A stretch of DNA of 52,803 nucleotides. Source: Chloroflexota bacterium. Lineage in GTDB: Bacteria > Chloroflexota > Anaerolineae > Aggregatilineales > J027. The notes below the pieces were generated by a model. The model was not told the DNA's origin and made no database searches. It saw only the letters and a list, made by a program, of their open reading frames with translations. Where the stretch lies: NCBI GenBank assembly GCA_003697365.1, contig RFGP01000009.1:1-52803 (forward strand), given 5' to 3'. Shown piece by piece: positions 37,374 to 47,032 of this stretch; positions within the stretch are counted from its first letter, which is position 1; every line of letters starts with the position of its first letter. A program made the position numbers and the translations under genes.

Positions 37374-37736
37374 CCTCAAGTTGGCTAGGTGATCGCGCTG
37401 TTGGTTCTATCAACAGTGAGGAAAGTCCGTGCTTCATAGGGTACGATGCTAGCTAACCGCTAGGCAGGGTGACCTGACGGAAAGTGCCACAGAGAAGTAG
37501 ATTGCCCAAGTGTTACTTGGGTGAGGGTGAAACGGTGTGGTAAGAGCACACCAGCGTCACTGGTGACAGTGGCGGCTTGGCAAACCCCATCGGAAGCAAG
37601 ACCAAGCAAAGGTGAGGGGTGACCCGCCCCGCTATCAGCCTTGGGTAGGTCGCATGAGGTGTCGAGTGATCGGCACCCTAGATAGATGATCACCGCCCGT
37701 AAGGGTACAGAACACGGCTTATCGGCCAACTTGGGG
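37374..37736 (+). ncRNA. rnpB: RNase P RNA, bacterial type A
   Basis: Universal blocks are present: GAGGAAAGTCCGTGC (37408-37422), ACGGAAAGTGCCACAGAGAAG, GGTGAAACGGTG, GGTAAGAGCACACCAG and ACAGAACACGGCTTA. The P1 helix pairs CCTCAAGTTGGC (37374-37385) with GCCAACTTGGGG (37725-37736). Confidence 0.93.
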
Positions 37737-37739
37737 TAC

Positions 37740-38870
37740 TCAATTCAATCGCGCTTGTACAAACAACTTATTAAAATCTAGAGGCACAACCTCAAACCAT
37801 GTAATGCCGGGCTTTAGATATAGATGTTCTGTCATTGTATCATCCCGCCAAAATGTTAACATTGCCTCATCTGACCAGCGATGCCAAAACCCATCATAAC
37901 GTAATCCATCACGAAATAGTGTTGCAGGCCCTAATGTCCAAATTTGAATCTCAAAAGCATAGGTAATGTTCCCTTGCCATTCGCTGGCAATTATCGTGAC
38001 ATCTTCTTGATGATGTGCCCAAATGATCACCACATTTGCCGCTGAGATTTGTCGCCCATCAAGTGCATCTAAATGGGGTTCTCCTGCTGTCCAACGCCAA
38101 TATAAACCATCTTGTGGATCATAGCGCCATTCCGCCGCATCAGGGCCATAATGAATCAAAACACGCTCCGCATAACTTTCGGGAAAAGGCGGCGTTGTAT
38201 TTGAAAACACCAGCCCGTTTAGCGTCGGGCGCTGATTAATGCCAAGCTGATCTGCCCTTGCCCAAATTTCAGCAGGACGAACGAATAAATTATGTGGTGC
38301 CTCAAGAGTTGGCTCTCGATAAAATAGCGGTGGCCCAACGTTTTCAAAAAGCCGATCTGCAAAAGAACTTTGTTGTAAACGTAACAGTGTGGGGCCGTTT
38401 GCTCCAGAAAATGCGAATAAAGATTGAAACATCAATGGAATTTGCAAATCAATTAAACGCGCACTTCTCACCGAACCAACATATGCAGGCGTATTGCTAT
38501 AAAAAATTGCCGTAAAGCGCGTTAAAGAACCCTCAACATAATGTTCATACACAATATCTGCTTGAGCGATACCCGCTTGAGGACGAACTTCTTTGGGAGC
38601 ATTACTGATTTTTATCGCTAAAGGTCGGCGCTCTAATACACTTGGATTAGGAACTATAAGGCCTGTAAGCGGATTCATCTGTGATGGAAAAGAATCCCAC
38701 CCAATAGCATCTGGTAATGGCGTTGCTGTTGGAGCTGCTGGCGTTGGCGAAGCGATGGATGAATGCAAATTAGAGCGTGCTGAAGATACTAACACAAATG
38801 CTGCTAATATTATCATTATCAAAATTGAAACAAGCCAGAAAAAATATCTCATAATGTAATAGCTCGCCAT
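37740..38870 (-). CDS. DUF3048-domain (YerB-like) secreted/lipoprotein
   Basis: 376 aa with an N-terminal TM/signal segment. The family-typical block is RRPLAIKISNAPKEVRPQAGIAQADIVYEHYVEGSLTRFTAIF. Confidence 0.65.
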   Translation of the reverse strand: MASYYIMRYFFWLVSILIMIILAAFVLVSSARSNLHSSIASPTPAAPTATPLPDAIGWDSFPSQMNPLTGLIVPNPSVLERRPLAIKISNAPKEVRPQAGIAQADIVYEHYVEGSLTRFTAIFYSNTPAYVGSVRSARLIDLQIPLMFQSLFAFSGANGPTLLRLQQSSFADRLFENVGPPLFYREPTLEAPHNLFVRPAEIWARADQLGINQRPTLNGLVFSNTTPPFPESYAERVLIHYGPDAAEWRYDPQDGLYWRWTAGEPHLDALDGRQISAANVVIIWAHHQEDVTIIASEWQGNITYAFEIQIWTLGPATLFRDGLRYDGFWHRWSDEAMLTFWRDDTMTEHLYLKPGITWFEVVPLDFNKLFVQARLN

Positions 38871-38954
38871 TATAACTTACAAAAATTTTGTATGAACCCG
38901 TACTCCTTGCTATAGTTTAAGCATATTCGGCTTTGTTATAAGCTCGGAGGCCCC

Positions 38955-41012
38955 ATGTCTTTACACAATGCTTTTGATTGGCGCGAAGTTGTTCAGCTTG
39001 CATTGGCTTCACGCTTTCTAGATGAATTAGAAGAAAATGAGTTATTATCTCAAGGACTTGTCACCTACCAATTTTCTGCACGTGGGCACGAACTTGGTCA
39101 ATTGCTGATCAGTCAGCTGCTCACCAAACCATTCGATGCCGCTAGCCCATATTATCGTTCACGGCCATTTATGCTAGGATCAGGCCTCACGCTTGAAGAA
39201 GCACTTGCCTCTGATATGGCGCGCGCTACTAGCATAAGCGGAGGGCGCGATGTCGGTGTCGTGTTTAATATGCCCCGTCGTCATCGTGCTCTTATTTTAC
39301 CAATGGCAGGAGATGTTGGCTCACAATATACCCCTGCCGTAGGGTGGGCGCAGGCCATTCGCTATCGTCAAATTGTCTTAGAAGAAGCGGAAATTGCCGA
39401 TAGTATTGCCGTTGTATTTGGTGGTGATGGGTCTGTTGCTGCTAATGGCTTTTGGTCAGCACTCACTATTGCCACAACCCTAAAACTTCCGATTTTATTT
39501 GTTATTGAAGATAACGGCTTCGCTATATCTGTTCGCAGCCCTCTACAAACACCCAATCAGAATATCGCAGCCAATTTACGCTCATTCCACAATTTGCACA
39601 TTTGGGATGGAAGTGGAACTCAGCCCACTGAAACAGCGACACTTGTTTTTGATGCAGTTCAATATGTCCGTAGCGGAGAAGGGCCGGGATTATTGCGGCT
39701 TACAATGCCACGCCTTTCAGGCCATTCTAGCACCGACAATCAAGCCTACAAATCCCCCGATGAACGCGAGGCCGAATGGTCACAAGACCCAATTCAACAT
39801 TTACATGATGCCGTTGTTCCAACACTAATGACAGAAGATGAATGGGAGCAAGAAGTCCGAAGTGCACAAGCAGCCGTTGATGCTGCCAAACAAACAGCCC
39901 AGAATCAGCCACAACCTGACCCACACACTGTAACCCATTACGTTTTTTCACATCCCGATCAGCCACAACTAGTTGGTGGTCTAGTCGCAGAAGGGATTCA
40001 ACTGCCACAAGGAAACCAAACTCCCAATGTCACTGATCCACGTCGCATTAACATGATAGAAGCGATTCGTCGCGCATTAGATGTTGAATTGACTATTAAT
40101 CCGCGTTGTCTCGTTTTTGGCGAAGATGTTGGTGTAAAAGGCGGTGTTCATGCTGCCACATTGGATTTGCAAGCCAAACATGGAGAAATGCGCGTTTTTG
40201 ACACAAGCCTCTCAGAAGAAGGCATTGTTGGGCGCGCAGTCGGAATGGCTTATGCTGGTCTTGTTCCTGTTCCTGAAATTCAATTTCGCAAGTATGCCGA
40301 TCCTGCTACAGAACAGATCAATAATATTGGAACCATTCGTTGGCGCACCAATAATCGATTTGCTGCTCCGATGGTTATCCGCATTCCGGGTGGGTATCGA
40401 AAAATTGGTGATCCATGGCATAGCGTCACCAGTGAAATTATCTTTGCCCATAATCCGGGTTGGAAGCTCGCTTTTCCTTCCAATGCTGAAGATGCCGTTG
40501 GTTTGCTCCGCACAGCATTACGCGGAAACGATCCTGTGATCTTTTTTGAGCACCGCGCAATGTTGGATGCGGCATGGGCGCGCCGCCCCTATCCCGGTGA
40601 TGATTATATGTTGCCTTTTGGCCAAGCGAACGTGATCACACAAGGTAACGATCTCACTATCGTTACATGGGGAGCAATGGTTGAGCGCTGTCAGCGTGCC
40701 ATAGAATCAGTAGAAGCAAGTATCGAATTAATTGATTTACGTACCATAGTGCCTTGGGATAAGGATACAGTATTAACTTCGGTACAAAAAACAAGCCGCT
40801 GCCTTATTGTTCATGAAGACATCTTATTGGGCGGTTTTGGCGCAGAAATTGCAGCAACAATAGTGAATGAGGTGTTTTTAGACCTTGATGCACCAATTGT
40901 GCGTATTGGATCGCCTTCAGTTCCCGTACCATTTAACACGACATTGATGGATGCTGTCGTACCCACTGTTGAAAAAATTCGCCAGCAAATTATAGAACTT
41001 TTAGCCTTTTGA
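38955..41012 (+). CDS. Fused alpha-beta E1 component of a 2-oxoacid dehydrogenase (ThDP-dependent)
   Basis: 685 aa. The N-half carries the ThDP motif (VFGGDGSVAANGFWSALTIA...EDNGFAIS). The C-half resembles an E1-beta/transketolase pyrimidine-binding and C-terminal domain (VFGEDVG..., FDTSLSEEGIVG, VTWGAMV). Confidence 0.8.
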   Translation: MSLHNAFDWREVVQLALASRFLDELEENELLSQGLVTYQFSARGHELGQLLISQLLTKPFDAASPYYRSRPFMLGSGLTLEEALASDMARATSISGGRDVGVVFNMPRRHRALILPMAGDVGSQYTPAVGWAQAIRYRQIVLEEAEIADSIAVVFGGDGSVAANGFWSALTIATTLKLPILFVIEDNGFAISVRSPLQTPNQNIAANLRSFHNLHIWDGSGTQPTETATLVFDAVQYVRSGEGPGLLRLTMPRLSGHSSTDNQAYKSPDEREAEWSQDPIQHLHDAVVPTLMTEDEWEQEVRSAQAAVDAAKQTAQNQPQPDPHTVTHYVFSHPDQPQLVGGLVAEGIQLPQGNQTPNVTDPRRINMIEAIRRALDVELTINPRCLVFGEDVGVKGGVHAATLDLQAKHGEMRVFDTSLSEEGIVGRAVGMAYAGLVPVPEIQFRKYADPATEQINNIGTIRWRTNNRFAAPMVIRIPGGYRKIGDPWHSVTSEIIFAHNPGWKLAFPSNAEDAVGLLRTALRGNDPVIFFEHRAMLDAAWARRPYPGDDYMLPFGQANVITQGNDLTIVTWGAMVERCQRAIESVEASIELIDLRTIVPWDKDTVLTSVQKTSRCLIVHEDILLGGFGAEIAATIVNEVFLDLDAPIVRIGSPSVPVPFNTTLMDAVVPTVEKIRQQIIELLAF

Positions 41013-41031
41013 AATTAGAGGAAAAAAACAT

Positions 41032-42720
41032 ATGCCCACAGTACATTTCGACCGTTATTATCGTTATGATGAACTTTCTGAAATACTACGAGCGTTTGCC
41101 AATGAGTACCCACAGCTTGTTCGGCTCGAAAGTCTAGGAAAAAGCTATGAAGGCCGAGATATTTGGCTTGTATCTATCACAAATTTTAATATAGGCGAGG
41201 TAGATCGAAAGCCTGCTTTATGGGTGGATGGCAACATTCATGCATCAGAAGTATCACCTTCCAGCGCAGCCTTGTATCTCATCAACAAGTTAGTTACTCA
41301 CTATGATAGCGATCCTGCTATTCAAAGGCTTTTAGATCAGCGAACATTCTATATTTGCCCGCGTGTAAATCCTGACGGCGCAGAGCTTGCTCTAGCTGAT
41401 AAACCACGCATTATTCGCTCAAGTACGCGCCCCTATCCTTATGATGAAGAGCCCATAGGCGGACTGATTGAGGAAGACATCGATGGTGATGGTCGTATGT
41501 TAATGATGCGCATTCGTGATCCAAATGGCCAATGGAAAGCGCATCCTGACGATCCGCGTTTAATGATTAGGCGTGAACCAACAGATTTTGAGGGCGAATT
41601 CTACCGTATTCTACCAGAAGGAAGAATTGAGAATTTTGATGGATACATCATAAAATCACGCCCCCCCAAAGAAGGACTCGACCTCAATCGTAATTTCCCA
41701 GCGAATTGGAAACAAGAACACGAACAAAAAGGAGCAGGTCCCTACCCTGCGTCAGAAGCCGAAACAAACGCAATTATGAGATTTATTGCCGATCATCGCA
41801 ACATTACAGGCGCTATCACATTACACACATTTAGCGGAGTCCTTCTGCGCCCCTTCAGTAATCAACCTGATGACAAATTCCCTGCGGAAGATTTATGGAC
41901 TTATCAAAAGATCGGCCAGAAAGGAACCGAAATTACTGGCTATCCCAATGTATCCGTATTCCATGATTTTCTATATCATCCGGGACAATATATCTCTGGA
42001 GCATTCGATGATTGGATGTATGACCACATGGGAGTTTTCGCATGGACAGTAGAAATTTGGAGCCCACAACGCCAAGCAGGTATTGAAAAATATAAATTCA
42101 TCGATTGGTATCGTGAACATAGCATCGAAGACGATTTGAAAATGATGAAATGGAATGATGAAGTGTTGGAAGGCAAAGGCTATGTAGATTGGTATCCTTT
42201 TGAGCATCCTCAACTTGGGCCAATAGAATTAGGTGGATGGAACGTGCAATATGCATGGCGAAACCCACCGCCTCAATTCCTTGAGAGCGAAATTGCACCA
42301 ATTGCAGATTGGGCAATTTGGCACTTACAAATTGCCCCCCAACTCACAATGCTTGATGTATCCCTCTATCGCTTAGGAAATCATCACTTTCAAGTCCGCC
42401 TCGTTGTCCAAAATGAAGGATGGTTGCCGACATACATCACAAAACGCGCACTAGAGAAAAAGCTCACACGTGGTATTGTATGCGAAATTCAGTTACCAGA
42501 GGGGGCTACATTAAAATCTGGTCAACCGCGCGAAATTATTGGCGAGTTAGAAGGGCGCGCCTATGTTAATTCGGCATTATCCCCTTGGGAAAGCAGCGGC
42601 TTTACCAATGATCGGGCAAAATTTGAATGGGTCGTGTTTGCACCAAAAGGTGGAGAAGCTGTTATTACTGCACATCATGACCGCGCTGGTGTTGTCCAAA
42701 CAACGCTGCGTTTAGAATAA
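41032..42720 (+). CDS. M14-family zinc carboxypeptidase
   Basis: 562 aa with the Zn-ligand motif WVDGNIHASEVS (HxxE), NPDG, DLNRNF, and a later His in ITLHTFSG. Confidence 0.8.
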   Translation: MPTVHFDRYYRYDELSEILRAFANEYPQLVRLESLGKSYEGRDIWLVSITNFNIGEVDRKPALWVDGNIHASEVSPSSAALYLINKLVTHYDSDPAIQRLLDQRTFYICPRVNPDGAELALADKPRIIRSSTRPYPYDEEPIGGLIEEDIDGDGRMLMMRIRDPNGQWKAHPDDPRLMIRREPTDFEGEFYRILPEGRIENFDGYIIKSRPPKEGLDLNRNFPANWKQEHEQKGAGPYPASEAETNAIMRFIADHRNITGAITLHTFSGVLLRPFSNQPDDKFPAEDLWTYQKIGQKGTEITGYPNVSVFHDFLYHPGQYISGAFDDWMYDHMGVFAWTVEIWSPQRQAGIEKYKFIDWYREHSIEDDLKMMKWNDEVLEGKGYVDWYPFEHPQLGPIELGGWNVQYAWRNPPPQFLESEIAPIADWAIWHLQIAPQLTMLDVSLYRLGNHHFQVRLVVQNEGWLPTYITKRALEKKLTRGIVCEIQLPEGATLKSGQPREIIGELEGRAYVNSALSPWESSGFTNDRAKFEWVVFAPKGGEAVITAHHDRAGVVQTTLRLE

Positions 42721-42726
42721 ATCATT

Positions 42727-42756
42727 TGGCCGCCCAATATTGGCGGCCAGTTTTTA
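42727..42756 (+). terminator. Rho-independent terminator after the M14 peptidase gene
   Basis: TGGCCGCC caatatt GGCGGCCA followed by GTTTTTA. The T-tract overlaps the stop codon of the convergent 89-aa ORF. Confidence 0.75.
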
Positions 42757-43023
42757 ATCCTCGTTTGTTTTATCATTTCCTAAACGAGATAGAATCTCCT
42801 TAAAGGCTTCCAGTAAAAAAATAGTATCTGCTTTTTCTAGTTCCTGTGTTGCAACTTCTCGCATCATAGCGACCATCTCATCTTCCGAAAGGATGCCTTT
42901 TTGAATCAACAGTCGTACTACTGCACGAGCAATAATGAGCCCATCAACGCCACGCGCGCCTAGACTTGTTAATCCACCAAAAAAATCAGTCACAATTTCT
43001 TGTGTGTTGCGGTTATCAGTCAT
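42754..43023 (-). CDS. Small hypothetical protein (89 aa, helical)
   Basis: ORF only; no family recognised. It is convergent with the M14 gene. Confidence 0.4.
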   Translation of the reverse strand: MTDNRNTQEIVTDFFGGLTSLGARGVDGLIIARAVVRLLIQKGILSEDEMVAMMREVATQELEKADTIFLLEAFKEILSRLGNDKTNED

Positions 43024-43174
43024 TTGTAGTGTATATCCTTTAACTCAGATACATTATAGCGCCATTGATTTTGGCGCAAATTAAGATTTATTGCTACCTA
43101 TGAATCTGTCATCACAAATTCACTTGTATAATGAAATAAATTTGTTGAGAAGGAATCACAAGGCTGAGAACTGA

Positions 43175-44299
43175 ATGGACTCATTTCCACAGGCGCGCAT
43201 TGGCATTCAACTTGCACAACAAGGCAGGCGCACTGAAGCTATACATTATTTACGACAAGCAACCCGCCAAGAACCACAGCACCCTGAAGTTTGGCTATGG
43301 CTAGCCCATGTTACCCCTTCACTAGAGGAATATCGCTATTGTGTACAACAGGCGATCCGATTGGCCCCGCATCATCAAACTGCCCGACAAATGGAAGCAG
43401 CTTTACGTAATATTCCAGCCCTACCTGCGCAAGTACCAAACGCTACACTTCCTAATACTGATTCCATGAACGTTCGTGTTCCTTCACAACCATTTGTCGT
43501 AGACGAGCATCTTGTAAACCGAATGCAACGCCAACGAAAAAAGCGCTCATTACGTCAAAAACTTATATTGTTCACAGTAATAACGCTCGTCATTGGCTTA
43601 TTAGGTGCAGTTGGCATCATTTTGGGGCGTAACCTAATAGAGAATTCTAATTCAAATACAGCCACGCCTCATGAGCTGTGGTTAACCATTCAGACGAACA
43701 CCCAAACATTACCGATTCGTTTTCGTATGCAAACGCCACCAAGCTGGATAGTAGCGGATGCGGCATCGCCCCAATGGGCTAGTATTAGCCAAAGCCTAGC
43801 AGAAGTCCCCGCTATTCAAGCTAACTGGGCAGGTTTTGCAGCCAATTTGAGTGCCATTCAAATCAATCCTGCTGATGATTCTTTAGAAACTCCTGTCACT
43901 ATCGTTGAAACCAATTTTGACAGTATTATTGCCAGTGGTGGCTATCCTTTACGCCTACAACTCATTCGCTTGGGCGCAATATATGCAAGTATGGATGATG
44001 CAAGTTGTACAGGACTACAGCAGTTGGCCGCCGAGCAACAAAACACCATTGCCACCTCAGGCATAACAGCAACTATTCTCGAAAACCAAGTGGTTCAACA
44101 ACCCAGTGGCAATTGTGTGTATGTCATTCACTATTTCGGAACAAGTGCAATCTCTGGGCAAGACGAACATATTTACGTCATTTATGTACCAGTGGGCACA
44201 ACTTCACTTGCTGAATGGCATCTCACAGTGGTTGACATAAGCCACGACCAATATCGGCCTATGATTGAACAGCTATTAGAAAGCATTCGTGCACTTTAG
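43175..44299 (+). CDS. TPR-like N-domain / single-TM / extracytoplasmic-domain protein
   Basis: 374 aa. It has a TPR-like N-terminus (GRRTEAIHYLRQATRQEPQHPEVWLWLAHV), a basic stretch (RQRKKRSLRQK), a TM helix (LILFTVITLVIGLLGAVGIILG) and a C-terminal domain of unknown fold. Confidence 0.55.
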   Translation: MDSFPQARIGIQLAQQGRRTEAIHYLRQATRQEPQHPEVWLWLAHVTPSLEEYRYCVQQAIRLAPHHQTARQMEAALRNIPALPAQVPNATLPNTDSMNVRVPSQPFVVDEHLVNRMQRQRKKRSLRQKLILFTVITLVIGLLGAVGIILGRNLIENSNSNTATPHELWLTIQTNTQTLPIRFRMQTPPSWIVADAASPQWASISQSLAEVPAIQANWAGFAANLSAIQINPADDSLETPVTIVETNFDSIIASGGYPLRLQLIRLGAIYASMDDASCTGLQQLAAEQQNTIATSGITATILENQVVQQPSGNCVYVIHYFGTSAISGQDEHIYVIYVPVGTTSLAEWHLTVVDISHDQYRPMIEQLLESIRAL

Positions 44300-44358
44300 C
44301 ACAAATGGTCTATTCCAAAAACAAACATAACTATAACAACATTTAGTACTCTAGTATA

Positions 44359-44379
44359 GTTCGTCATCACATGACGAAC
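44359..44379 (+). terminator. Hairpin after the 374-aa gene
   Basis: GTTCGTCAT cac ATGACGAAC (9-bp stem) followed by GTTTAT. Confidence 0.5.
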
Positions 44380-44436
44380 GTTTATGCTATAAATAGCATA
44401 TTCTAATAAATTACTTAAGAAGGAATCGGGTTAGCC

Positions 44437-44781
44437 ATGTATACTCAAAATGAGATTTTATTCCCGCACTACGCGATAGCCGCAATTCGCGATGTGCGCG
44501 GCCCTCAATGGCGCAACTTCATCGATCATATTCTCGCCTTGCCAGAAACTCATGAGGCTTCCCTTGCTTTTATGTTATTGATGATTCGTCTAAACAATTG
44601 CCTAGAATGCGAAACTGATAGCTATCGCGCAATGCGAGGTTGTGAAGCCTGCGCCATACAGACATTGCGTCGTTACAAAGGCGATGATGAAGAATTAATT
44701 CAATTATACGAAAAAGCCCTCGAAGATGTGCGCATTCAAATAGCACCAACTATAGTTCATGATGATCAGGAATTTGTTTAG
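44437..44781 (+). CDS. Hypothetical protein with two CxxC motifs
   Basis: 114 aa. CLEC and CEAC lie 14 residues apart, suggesting a Zn-ribbon or knuckle. No family recognised. Confidence 0.5.
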   Translation: MYTQNEILFPHYAIAAIRDVRGPQWRNFIDHILALPETHEASLAFMLLMIRLNNCLECETDSYRAMRGCEACAIQTLRRYKGDDEELIQLYEKALEDVRIQIAPTIVHDDQEFV

Positions 44782-44887
44782 TGAATTTTTAGCTGAATGT
44801 CCCCAGAGCTTTGTATTCACGTTACAATACATAATAGGCAACAACTTAGATTGAGGATACAAAAACGCTCTAAAGGAACTATACGCG

Positions 44888-46033
44888 ATGACTGATGAAC
44901 AATATTTAGATTGGGAAAAACTCTTTGAATTTCATTCTCAGCTTTATGAGCGCTTGCAACATCCAATCACTAGAGCGATTGAACAAGTTTATCAGTCACC
45001 GCGTCTTACTATTCAACAATTACAACTGGTATATAATCGGCTTCAGGCGTGGTCAGAATGGTTAAAGTGGAAAGCACAGCCAGAATCGTTTGGTGAAGAA
45101 GCCTTCGAGCAAATGCATCTTGGTGAAGCGCCGACGTGGTTTTTTGAAACGCTTAATCGCTCCGTAAGTATTAAGATGGAGCACAGTAAAACAATCTATA
45201 TACATCCTTCCACATTTTATGAGGCACTTTTACTATTGCTGAAGTTAACATATGCTATTGGAAAACTCAGCCATATCACCACAAATGATGCCAATCCACC
45301 ACAAAATGGCATATGGTTACGAATTGTATTCACGCCATCATTAGAAAAAAAGTATAGTAACCTATCAGCTGTTATTGATACACTTGAACAAAATGTAGGG
45401 AAAAACGTCCATTTTGAAGTTGATCTCATTCGCGATCTTTTGTTGATTAATCATACACGCTATGTTCTGCAAACAAACACGCGAACAGGACATCAAGCCT
45501 TTGCGATTCTCATTCCGTCAAATGCAACCGCAGCACATGAAATACAGGGAGATATTCCCCTACAAAAACAAACTACTCAGCCTCAACCTTCAGCTGTACC
45601 CACGAACACTATTCCTGAAAAATTGCCTACAGAAATCCCAACCATTCCCATGCCTGCTACCACTCTGCACGAAAAGGCTGACGAAATTGATCGCAATAAT
45701 AACGTTTTAACCCAGATTCAGGATATATTGCTAGATTACGTTACCACACCAGCACTAGCCTCAAGGCCCGATGATATATTGCATGATATTTATCAATTGC
45801 TTCAACAATTTGATAGCATGAATCCGCCTGAAACCCCCTCAGACCGCATCAAATTGACACAAGTATATGACGTATTAGATACAAGCCCGCTAAAGTTAAA
45901 AAAGGCCCTCCCCGCTATTACCGCAGAGATGGCCAAAACCCGTCTTGCTGCGCTTCAAGTATTATTATTAGAGCCGTTTTTGCCTATTAAGCGCGAACCA
46001 TCATTAAATGGGACAGTTTCCTTAAATAAGTAA
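44888..46033 (+). CDS. Hypothetical protein; N-half faintly histidine-kinase-like with Glu at the phospho-His position
   Basis: 381 aa. EFHSQLYERLQHPITRAI aligns by eye with the H-box EFVATVSHELRTPMTSI (His to Glu). A later RTGHQAFAILIP resembles the end of an HATPase_c domain, but no G1 or G2 box is seen. The middle linker is Pro/Thr/Gln-rich. Confidence 0.45.
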   Translation: MTDEQYLDWEKLFEFHSQLYERLQHPITRAIEQVYQSPRLTIQQLQLVYNRLQAWSEWLKWKAQPESFGEEAFEQMHLGEAPTWFFETLNRSVSIKMEHSKTIYIHPSTFYEALLLLLKLTYAIGKLSHITTNDANPPQNGIWLRIVFTPSLEKKYSNLSAVIDTLEQNVGKNVHFEVDLIRDLLLINHTRYVLQTNTRTGHQAFAILIPSNATAAHEIQGDIPLQKQTTQPQPSAVPTNTIPEKLPTEIPTIPMPATTLHEKADEIDRNNNVLTQIQDILLDYVTTPALASRPDDILHDIYQLLQQFDSMNPPETPSDRIKLTQVYDVLDTSPLKLKKALPAITAEMAKTRLAALQVLLLEPFLPIKREPSLNGTVSLNK

Positions 46034-46035
46034 CA

Positions 46036-46551
46036 GTGATGATGTTGATTACTGATCTTGAATTTATCGCACGACAAGCCGCCGAAAAAGCAGATGATTA
46101 TGAAGCATTTCGCTATTATATTGAATTAGATGAGCGGAGTGATGAAGCGCTTGATGAGTTGGTTGAGCAAATTGCAACGCCCATTATTGCTGCTATTGAT
46201 TGCACTACTTGTGCAAACTGCTGTCGTCATTTAGATGTGTATCTTACTGAAGCAGATGCACAACGTCTATCTTCAGGCACTTTTATTCCATACAGCACAT
46301 TATTGCATCAATACATTGACCGCGAACACGCCGCACAAGTTGAAGAATGGGGGATGTTTCAACAAAAACCTTGTGTATTTCTCAAAGATACTTTATGCAG
46401 CATTTATGAATATCGCCCTGAAAGTTGCCGCATTTACCCAATGTTTACCCCCGATTTTCGGTGGACACTTGAAGATACTTTTGGCGGAATAGGTCTCTGC
46501 CCCATTATTTACAATGTAATCGAGCAATTAAAAATACAGCTAGGCTGGTGA
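46036..46551 (+). CDS. YkgJ-family Cys-cluster protein (UPF0153, putative Zn/Fe-binding)
   Basis: 171 aa with CTTCANCCRH plus downstream Cys residues (CVFL, CSIY, CRIYP). It starts 2 nt after the preceding stop. Confidence 0.7.
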   Translation: MMMLITDLEFIARQAAEKADDYEAFRYYIELDERSDEALDELVEQIATPIIAAIDCTTCANCCRHLDVYLTEADAQRLSSGTFIPYSTLLHQYIDREHAAQVEEWGMFQQKPCVFLKDTLCSIYEYRPESCRIYPMFTPDFRWTLEDTFGGIGLCPIIYNVIEQLKIQLGW

Positions 46552-47019
46552 AGCACACGCAACCACTTTAATTTGTAACGCTTCAATTAATGGCTTGACG
46601 GGAACTTTCAAATTTATGCCACGTTGTCCAGCGCTCATATAAAGTGACTCTAACGCTAAAGCGGCTTCATCTATGTAAATGGGCCAATTTTTAGCTGTCA
46701 AAGCAAGCGCCGAAATTCCACCAACTTTCAACCCCGTGAGCTTTTCAGCCATCTGATGGCTTGCCATCTCAACACGCTTATAACCGACAGCTTTTGCCAA
46801 AGCCTTCAAGTCAAGACTGCGGTCTCCTGCTAGCATCACTAGCATAGGTTTTGATTTGCCTTCTGGCAAAACAACAAGCGTTTTATAAACATGTTCAGGC
46901 GAAGTGCCTATAAAAGCTGCAACACCTTCTGCACTATGAATGCTATCGTCAAATTCAATGACTTCATAGGGAATTTGTCGTTGTTCTAGCCAACGCATAG
47001 AATTTAGCTTCTTTGGCAT
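46540..47019 (-). CDS. ybaK: Cys-tRNA(Pro)/Cys-tRNA(Cys) deacylase, YbaK/EbsC family
   Basis: YbaK-type pattern (MRWLEQRQIPYEVIEF..., VYKTLVV, GGISALAL, IYIDE). ATG 47019 has GAGAGG upstream and lies 14 nt after the upstream gene's stop; the ORF-track start 47079 overlaps that gene. Confidence 0.8.
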   Translation of the reverse strand: MPKKLNSMRWLEQRQIPYEVIEFDDSIHSAEGVAAFIGTSPEHVYKTLVVLPEGKSKPMLVMLAGDRSLDLKALAKAVGYKRVEMASHQMAEKLTGLKVGGISALALTAKNWPIYIDEAALALESLYMSAGQRGINLKVPVKPLIEALQIKVVACASPA

Positions 47020-47032
47020 ATGTGCCTCTCTA

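Noticed and set aside
37460-37729. 89-aa ORF on the minus strand
   Set aside because: It lies entirely inside the RNase P RNA gene, whose conserved blocks and P1 pairing are unambiguous. The ORF is an artefact of the GC-rich structured RNA.
39499-40539. Several 77-131-aa alternative-frame ORFs inside the E1 gene (and similar ones inside cysS, the kinase and sdhA)
   Set aside because: Each is fully nested in a long ORF with clear family motifs. They lack SD sequences and show odd amino-acid composition, so they are treated as frame shadows.
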